A stretch of 64,000 nt of DNA from an uncultured Alphaproteobacteria bacterium. GTDB lineage: Bacteria; Pseudomonadota; Alphaproteobacteria; Rs-D84. Shown here in pieces: positions 57,830-64,000 of the stretch (positions are counted from its first letter, which is position 1; every line of letters starts with the position of its first letter). The stretch is taken from the NCBI GenBank assembly GCA_944389595.1, contig CALXMY010000001.1:179-64178 (forward strand), given 5' to 3'. A program made the translations under genes and the position numbers. The notes under the pieces were generated by a model. That model searched no databases, had not been told where the DNA came from, and was given only the letters and a program-made list of their open reading frames with translations.

Positions 57830-59723
57830 TTTTGCCTGATTGATAAATTACAAATCCGCCACGCAATATTTTATGATTACATTGCGGGGCATCGATATTA
57901 AAATATGACACAATATAATCAATATTTTCATCATTACATAACTGTATAATATTGTTCTGTAACGGTACATATTTTTGAATATATGCCAATGTAAAGTTTT
58001 CTGTTTCATACATCCAGACACCATTGATTGGTTTGCGCCGAATATTTTTGGTGCCAACCGGTTCATGATTTAATTGCTTCCACGTATCAAATGTAAAATA
58101 GTGATTTGATGCGCGCGATTTTGTAAATTCCAGATTTCCATCTTTGCCAATAAATGCGGCCAATTCATGATCGTGTGTTATATAAAATATTGGCCGCGGA
58201 TGCACAACGATTAACGTAATTCCAATCGCGAAAAATATTACCGCACAAATATAATTTACTTTTACGCGTATATTGCGAATAAACATCAGCGATATAAAGC
58301 CCAAAATTATAAACACCATTGCCACATTTGGAATATGCGGCAAATCAATTGTTGCGCCCGGCAGATTTATTATATATTCACCAATGCGCAAACATATATC
58401 ATAAATATACGCCGCCATATCCAACGGCCACGACCACCCGAACAGTGTTGTTATTGCCCCGATACATACCAGCGGCATAATTGCAATTGAAAATATCGGC
58501 AGTAATATTAAATTACCAATTAATCCATAAATAGGTAAATTGTAAAAATGCATAACTACAAATGGTGCGGTAAATACTGTTGCCACAACAGATGTTAATA
58601 CCGCCGTGTAAATAACTTTTAATAATTTATTGCGTGGCATTTTGGGACGTACGGTATGCCATAACCATACCAATCCAAATATTGCCGCAAACGATAATTG
58701 AAACCCTGGTTGCATTATAAAATGTGGGTTAATCAGAAAAATTGCACTGAATGCAATGCACACGTTACGCATTGAAATAGCATTTCTGCCAAATATAAAT
58801 GCCATGAAAACCAATGTTGCCATAATAAACGCGCGAATTGTTGCGACATCTGTGCCCGATAAAAACAAATAAAACAGTAATCCAACCCATGCGCAAATCA
58901 GTGCCGGAATTCGCGCAGGAAAACGTTTTGTAATTGGACTGATGGAACGGAATATCAAATAAAATACGGCAAACAACCATGCCGAAACCAATGTTATATG
59001 AAATCCACTGATTGACCATACGTGTCCAACACCGGTTGCGGTCCAAATGGGCGAATCTTTTTCAGGCACAGCGTTTTTATATCCTAATACCAACGTGTCA
59101 ACCAAAAATGAATTTGTATGCCGGTGGATGTAATCACGCAATGCGGCAATATTGTTTTTATCCGCGGCCGTAACAGTTTTATATTCGTTCATATACCCGT
59201 TTGCCGATAATCCATTAAAATATGCCCATCGTGCATAATCGAATGTTTCGGGCGCATCCGGCCCATCGGGGCGAAATAAACCAATATTTGCGCTGATTTT
59301 ATCGCCAACGTTTGGCGGGGTAATATTTGATTTGGCCGATACGCGAATAACCGCATCACCATTGCCAGAATTAATTTGTGATGCATCTGTTTTGATATAA
59401 ATTCGCGCCTTGTCAGATGTGTAATCAATATGTTCGACCGTGCCTGTTATATTAATTCCATGCATTTCGCGTGGAATCATTGGTGTGTCAATTATATGTG
59501 TAAATATGGCCGCATAGCAAAATCCAAATATAAATAACGCCACTGCGCGAATCGGTATATATGTTTTAGATATAATAATGGCAATACAACAAATGATACC
59601 CAAAATGCATATGCTGATGTTTGGCTCGGCCGATAAATTAAAATATAATCCTGCGCCAAAAGCCATCAAAAACGGCACCCATAAAAACAAATTACCCAAT
59701 TGGTTTTGCCATAATTCCCGCAT
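57783..59723 (-). CDS. comEC: ComEC/Rec2-family DNA internalisation channel protein
   Basis: approx 647 aa from ATG 59723; polytopic; ComEC competence domain (GVGHVWSISGFHITLV); C-terminal metallo-beta-lactamase-like region. Confidence 0.75.
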   Translation of the reverse strand: MRELWQNQLGNLFLWVPFLMAFGAGLYFNLSAEPNISICILGIICCIAIIISKTYIPIRAVALFIFGFCYAAIFTHIIDTPMIPREMHGINITGTVEHIDYTSDKARIYIKTDASQINSGNGDAVIRVSAKSNITPPNVGDKISANIGLFRPDGPDAPETFDYARWAYFNGLSANGYMNEYKTVTAADKNNIAALRDYIHRHTNSFLVDTLVLGYKNAVPEKDSPIWTATGVGHVWSISGFHITLVSAWLFAVFYLIFRSISPITKRFPARIPALICAWVGLLFYLFLSGTDVATIRAFIMATLVFMAFIFGRNAISMRNVCIAFSAIFLINPHFIMQPGFQLSFAAIFGLVWLWHTVRPKMPRNKLLKVIYTAVLTSVVATVFTAPFVVMHFYNLPIYGLIGNLILLPIFSIAIMPLVCIGAITTLFGWSWPLDMAAYIYDICLRIGEYIINLPGATIDLPHIPNVAMVFIILGFISLMFIRNIRVKVNYICAVIFFAIGITLIVVHPRPIFYITHDHELAAFIGKDGNLEFTKSRASNHYFTFDTWKQLNHEPVGTKNIRRKPINGVWMYETENFTLAYIQKYVPLQNNIIQLCNDENIDYIVSYFNIDAPQCNHKILRGGFVIYQSGKIKYVYHRRPWHNPRE

Positions 59724-59801
59724 ATAAAAAGTATAGGAATTTATTTGATTGCGTCGCAACGAAAAATTTCGTATGATGAAAGCCCATAAGGAGAATAACT
59801 T

Positions 59802-61379
59802 ATGGCGAAGTATATTTTTATTACCGGTGGTGTTGTTTCCAGTTTGGGCAAGGGCGTTGCAGCGGCAAGTTGTGGCGCCCTTCTTCAATCGCGTGGATAC
59901 AGTGTTCATGCGCGCAAATTTGACCCATATTTAAATATTGACCCGGGTACCATGTCGCCGTTTCAACATGGCGAAGTTTATGTTACAAATGATGGTTTTG
60001 AAACGGATTTAGATTTGGGGTATTACGAACGTTTTCTGGGGGTGCAACTGTCGCGTAATGATTCTGTTTCAGGTGGGCGAATTTATTGGGATGTTTTAAA
60101 CGCTGAACGGCATGGGGACTATTTGGGGGCCACTGTTCAAATGATTCCGCATGTCAGTAATAAAATAAAGGAATACATTTCCGCGCCGACAAATACGGAT
60201 TTTGTTGTATGTGAAATTGGTGGCACGGTCGGTGATATAGAGGGAAAAATTTTCCTGGAATCGATACGTCAATTTGCAAATGATATTGGGCGCAAAAATG
60301 TTATGTTTGTGCATTTGACATTGGCACCATATTTGGAAAAAAGTGGCGAATTAAAAACAAAACCAACACAAATGTCTGTGCGTGAATTATTGGAAAATGG
60401 AATCCAGGCCGATATGCTGATTGTGCGCAGTCAACGAATTTTAACCGCAGATGAACGTGCAAAAATCGGAATGTTTTGTAATTTGCCGGCCAAAAATGTT
60501 ATCAGCGGATTGGATGTTGATAATATATATAAAATTCCATTGGCCTATGATGCCCAGCATGTGTTTGATATAATCGCGGACTATTTTGATTTACCAAATG
60601 CCGCCGGAAATATGGATAAATTTCAAAAAATTGACAGATATTTATCCGCTGATTTACCACATGTTAAAATTGGTGTGGTCGGAAAATATTTTGATGTGCC
60701 CGATGCATATAAATCATTGAACGAGGCTTTGTTCCACGCGGGTATACAAAATAACGTGCATGTTGATATTGAAAAAATAAATGCGGAACATTTTTCTGCG
60801 GATGCGGCCGCCACGGTGGATGGTATTTTGGTGCCTGGGGGCTTTGGAATGCGCGGTGTTGCCGGTAAAATTGCGGCGGCCGAATTTGCCCGCGAAACAG
60901 GTGTGCCATATATGGGAATATGTTTGGGGATGCAGGTTGCAGTAATTGAATTTGCGCGCAATGTGTTGGGCATTTCCGATGCTGATTCAACCGAATTTGC
61001 AAAAAATTGTACGCCAATTATAAATATAATGCCCGATCATGATGCGGACGATATGGGCGGTACATTACGATTGGGGGCGTATCCGTGCGTGATTACGCCA
61101 AATACATTGGCGCATAAAATATATGGTGCCACCCAAATATCGGAACGACATCGTCACAGATATGAAATGGATATCTCGTTCGAGCAAAAATTGGCTGATG
61201 CCGGCATGATAATATCAGGGCGCAGTCCAGATGGTCGTTTGCCCGAGATAATTGAATTGAAAAATCATCCGTTTTTTATTGCGGGACAATTTCATCCCGA
61301 ATTTCAATCGGGGCCATACAGTGGGCACCCAATGTTCAATGCGTTCATTGCGGCGGCGGCCCAACATAGACATTGTTAA
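59802..61379 (+). CDS. pyrG: CTP synthase
   Basis: MAKYIFITGGVVSSLGKG; GATase domain GICLGMQ; 525 aa. Confidence 0.9.
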   Translation: MAKYIFITGGVVSSLGKGVAAASCGALLQSRGYSVHARKFDPYLNIDPGTMSPFQHGEVYVTNDGFETDLDLGYYERFLGVQLSRNDSVSGGRIYWDVLNAERHGDYLGATVQMIPHVSNKIKEYISAPTNTDFVVCEIGGTVGDIEGKIFLESIRQFANDIGRKNVMFVHLTLAPYLEKSGELKTKPTQMSVRELLENGIQADMLIVRSQRILTADERAKIGMFCNLPAKNVISGLDVDNIYKIPLAYDAQHVFDIIADYFDLPNAAGNMDKFQKIDRYLSADLPHVKIGVVGKYFDVPDAYKSLNEALFHAGIQNNVHVDIEKINAEHFSADAAATVDGILVPGGFGMRGVAGKIAAAEFARETGVPYMGICLGMQVAVIEFARNVLGISDADSTEFAKNCTPIINIMPDHDADDMGGTLRLGAYPCVITPNTLAHKIYGATQISERHRHRYEMDISFEQKLADAGMIISGRSPDGRLPEIIELKNHPFFIAGQFHPEFQSGPYSGHPMFNAFIAAAAQHRHC

Positions 61380-61380
61380 A

Positions 61381-61412
61381 TAAAACCCCGTTTTAACGGG
61401 GATTTTATTTTC
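61381..61412. terminator. bidirectional terminator hairpin
   Basis: AAATAAAACCCCGTTTTAACGGGGATTTTATTTT between pyrG and convergent RNHCP gene. Confidence 0.7.
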
Positions 61413-61719
61413 CAAAAATGAATGAATTATTAATTGATAACTTTATAATTTCATCCATATTATCGTTGTCGGCGGCGCGTTGGCGCATGATTTTGCCACA
61501 TGTGGTGCATTTGTGGGTTATTATAAAATCATGTCCCAATTGTTCGACTGCAATTGGCGACATCATACCGCCACAATTGGCCGCCCGATCACCGGGATTA
61601 TTATCAACATGTCGCGACCACAAACAATTTGGACAATGGTTTGTATATCCATTGCCCTGAACATGTGTGCCACAATGTGCGCATGTAAAATCTTCGACCC
61701 GGCGTGTGAATTTTTTCAT
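61405..61719 (-). CDS. RNHCP-domain zinc-ribbon protein
   Basis: CAHCG ... YTNHCPNC ... CTTCG motifs matching RNHCP family (PF12647). Confidence 0.55.
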   Translation of the reverse strand: MKKFTRRVEDFTCAHCGTHVQGNGYTNHCPNCLWSRHVDNNPGDRAANCGGMMSPIAVEQLGHDFIITHKCTTCGKIMRQRAADNDNMDEIIKLSINNSFIFGK

Positions 61720-61967
61720 TATAATCCCAATGCATTGCGATACATTTGGGTCAGTTCGTCGGCCTCGTCCAGTTCGTCCGGATCCAATTTACGTAAACGT
61801 ATCATTTGACGTATATATTTTGGATCAAATCCGGCGGATTTTGCCTCGCTGTAAATTTCTTTGATATCAGCGGCGATGGCGGCCGCATCCTCGTTTAATT
61901 TTTCAATTCTTTCAATAATGCTTAACAATTGTTGGTTATCAATTGCGCCATGATTTGCATTTTTCAT
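61719..61967 (-). CDS. gapR: GapR-like nucleoid-associated protein (DUF2312)
   Basis: LLSIIERIEKLNEDAAAIAADIKEIYSEAKSAGFDPKYIRQMIRLRK closely resembles Caulobacter GapR core; ATG at 61967 chosen. Confidence 0.65.
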   Translation of the reverse strand: MKNANHGAIDNQQLLSIIERIEKLNEDAAAIAADIKEIYSEAKSAGFDPKYIRQMIRLRKLDPDELDEADELTQMYRNALGL

Positions 61968-62060
61968 TGGTGTTTTCCCCTTGTTTTTTAACGCATTATA
62001 TGATATATCATAAATCGAAAAAATCAAGGAAAACAAAAGTACAAAAAAGCAAGGTATATT

Positions 62061-63428
62061 ATGAGATTTACTAAAATTACTGCGTCCATTGGACCAAAAT
62101 GCGAAGATAAAAAAACATTAAAACAAATGATTGCCGCCGGCGTAAATATATGCCGTTTGAATTTCAGTCATGATACTGGCGCGGTCCAGGGTAAAAAAAT
62201 TGATATGATTCGTAAAATATCTGATGAATTACATACCCCGGTTGCGATAATGATTGATTTACAGGGCCCAAAACACCGCATTGGAAATTTTGAAACCGAG
62301 GATAAATATCCATTAAAAATCGGGCAAAAATTTACTTTTGATTCTGATCCCACGCCCGGCGATTCCACGCGGGTACAGTTGCCTGATGCGGATGTTATGA
62401 AATCGTTAAATGTTGGCGACAGAATTTTGTTAAACGATGGCAAAATTGAAATGACGGTGGATTCCACGTCGCCGGATAAAATTGTTGCAACGGTGGTGCG
62501 GGGTGATGAAATATGGTCGCGCCGCGGATTTAATTTACCGGATACGGAAATTGACACGTCTGTTTTAACGGACAAAGACAGGGCGGATTTGGAATATGCA
62601 ATTACAAAAAATCCTGATTGGGTTGCAATATCATTTGTTCAACGTCCCGAAGATATTGCCGAGGTTCGCGATTTTATCACCGCGCGTACATCGCATCCGA
62701 TAAAGATTGTTGCCAAAATTGAACGCCCAAATGCGGTTGAACGTATATCTGAAATTGCCGCTGCGGCCGATGGAATTATGATTGCACGTGGCGATTTGGC
62801 GGTTGAAATTCCGTTTGAACGTGTACCGGCAATTTCGCGACATATAATTCGCGAATGCCGTAAAATGAACAAACCTGTGATAATGGCAACGCAAATGTTG
62901 GGCACAATGGTAAACAGCGAATTCCCAACGCGTGCCGAAATCAGCGATGTTGCAAACACGGCATATTTACGCGCGGATTCCGCCATGACATCCGAAGAAA
63001 CAACCATTGGCATTAATCCGGTGAATGTTATAAATACAATGAACAAGATATTGTCGTATGCAGATACGGATGCAATTGCAAACCCATATGATTGGTCGCG
63101 TGTGGAAAATGTGCCTGAAAACGATTGGTCACGCAGTGTGGCATCAATGGCATATTTAAATCGTGCGGCGGCAATTGTCGTTTTTGCGCGTGATACGAAT
63201 ATTGCAACACAAATTGCGTGTCGCAAACCCGACATTCCAATTGTTGCTGTTTGCGCCGAACAGGGCATTGCCAATCAATTATGCATGTTGCGTGGTGTGT
63301 TCCCGGTATTTGATACTGATTTATATGCGCACCGTGATGGATTTAATGCGGCACATAAATTTGGTGTGGTGTCGGGTAAATTGGTTATTGTTGATGACGA
63401 CAAAATCAGTTTGCGCACATTAAGTTAA
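62061..63428 (+). CDS. pyk: pyruvate kinase
   Basis: RLNFSHD, MIDLQGPKHR, MIARGDLAVEIP, MVNS motifs. Confidence 0.85.
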   Translation: MRFTKITASIGPKCEDKKTLKQMIAAGVNICRLNFSHDTGAVQGKKIDMIRKISDELHTPVAIMIDLQGPKHRIGNFETEDKYPLKIGQKFTFDSDPTPGDSTRVQLPDADVMKSLNVGDRILLNDGKIEMTVDSTSPDKIVATVVRGDEIWSRRGFNLPDTEIDTSVLTDKDRADLEYAITKNPDWVAISFVQRPEDIAEVRDFITARTSHPIKIVAKIERPNAVERISEIAAAADGIMIARGDLAVEIPFERVPAISRHIIRECRKMNKPVIMATQMLGTMVNSEFPTRAEISDVANTAYLRADSAMTSEETTIGINPVNVINTMNKILSYADTDAIANPYDWSRVENVPENDWSRSVASMAYLNRAAAIVVFARDTNIATQIACRKPDIPIVAVCAEQGIANQLCMLRGVFPVFDTDLYAHRDGFNAAHKFGVVSGKLVIVDDDKISLRTLS

Positions 63429-63429
63429 A

Positions 63430-63492
63430 AAATAAAAAATCTTTGTCTGCGGTGGCGGGTTTTGTATTGACCGCCACCGTGTTTTTTTATTA
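63430..63492 (+). terminator. rho-independent terminator
   Basis: GCGGTGGCGG ... CCGCCACCG hairpin followed by TTTTTTTATT. Confidence 0.7.
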
Positions 63493-63506
63493 AAATCAGT
63501 TTTGAT

Positions 63507-64000
63507 ATGAAGAGACTGTTGGGAATCTTGCTGTTGTTTTTTGCGTGTTTTTCGCATGCGTACGCCGCGCCGTATCGCGCGGTGTTGGTGGCCGATATGG
63601 ATACCGGCCGCGTTTTATACCAGGAAAATGCCGCGGTACCAAATTACCCGGCCAGTTTAACCAAAATAATGACTTTATATTTAACGTTTGACGCATTGGA
63701 ACACGGGCGTTTGCATTTGGATGATTATTTAATTGTGTCCAAATCGGCCGCGGCGGCAGAGCCTGTGAAACTGGGCGTTTCCGCGGGCAGTAAAATCCGG
63801 GTCGAAGACGCGATAAAGGCGTTAACAGTGCTTAGTGCGAATGATGTTGCACGTGTTTTGGCCGAAAATCTTAAGGGCGGGATGGAGGGCAATTTTGCCG
63901 ATTTAATGACGCGGGTTGCGCGTGAAATTGGATTGTCCGGAACAAATTTTGAAAATTCATCCGGGTTGCCAAATGATGACCATATGTCCACCGCGCGTGA
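63507..64000 (+). CDS. D-alanyl-D-alanine carboxypeptidase (PBP5/6-like), 3' end outside window
   Basis: signal peptide MKRLLGILLLFFACFSHAYA; SLTKIMT (SxxK) and SGL.N motifs of S11 peptidases. Confidence 0.65.
   Translation, partial: MKRLLGILLLFFACFSHAYAAPYRAVLVADMDTGRVLYQENAAVPNYPASLTKIMTLYLTFDALEHGRLHLDDYLIVSKSAAAAEPVKLGVSAGSKIRVEDAIKALTVLSANDVARVLAENLKGGMEGNFADLMTRVAREIGLSGTNFENSSGLPNDDHMSTAR

Noticed and set aside
1-64000. CRISPR arrays, IS elements, integrase or transposase genes
   Set aside because: No regularly spaced short direct repeats were seen, and no ORF carried DDE/tyrosine-recombinase motifs. The only tandem repeats are intragenic (519-1028; 8400-8660).

Overview
The window is a gene-dense, fairly AT-rich piece of a bacterial chromosome. 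All gene calls are from motif-level reading of the six-frame ORF track; no database search was possible. Housekeeping content: ppdK, rplU-rpmA, dnaQ, uvrD, rpmE, mrcA, a short cell-wall cluster mraY-ftsW-murG, comF, an 802-aa valS, rpmH, gyrA, a complete RND efflux operon (marR, outer-membrane factor, a minimal adaptor, RND pump), def-fmt, truA, comEC, pyrG, gapR (DUF2312) and pyk. GapR indicates an alphaproteobacterium. The short ValRS, short Fmt, ppdK and the membrane-protein array below suggest a reduced, host-associated lineage of the Rickettsiales/Holosporales type; that placement is inference. Two tRNA genes were found, tRNA-Glu and tRNA-Gln, both on the minus strand. No rRNA, CRISPR array or IS element was recognised. 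Accessory content includes: (i) five tandem paralogous polytopic membrane proteins with TrbL/VirB6-like architecture at 17640-24241, with no other type IV secretion genes in the window; (ii) two giant paralogous secreted proteins bracketing rplU-rpmA, each with an S/T/R-rich repeat region and novel ~40-aa cysteine modules; (iii) a small tRNA-bounded accessory segment (43.2-48.0 kb) holding a serine-protease remnant, orphan genes, an ABC exporter, a possible PARP-like ADP-ribosyltransferase, and a duplicated tRNA-Gln 3' end; (iv) an orphan gene block at 1-2908 containing an in-frame 255-bp tandem duplication; (v) a family of near-identical terminator stems and mosaic intergenic repeats.
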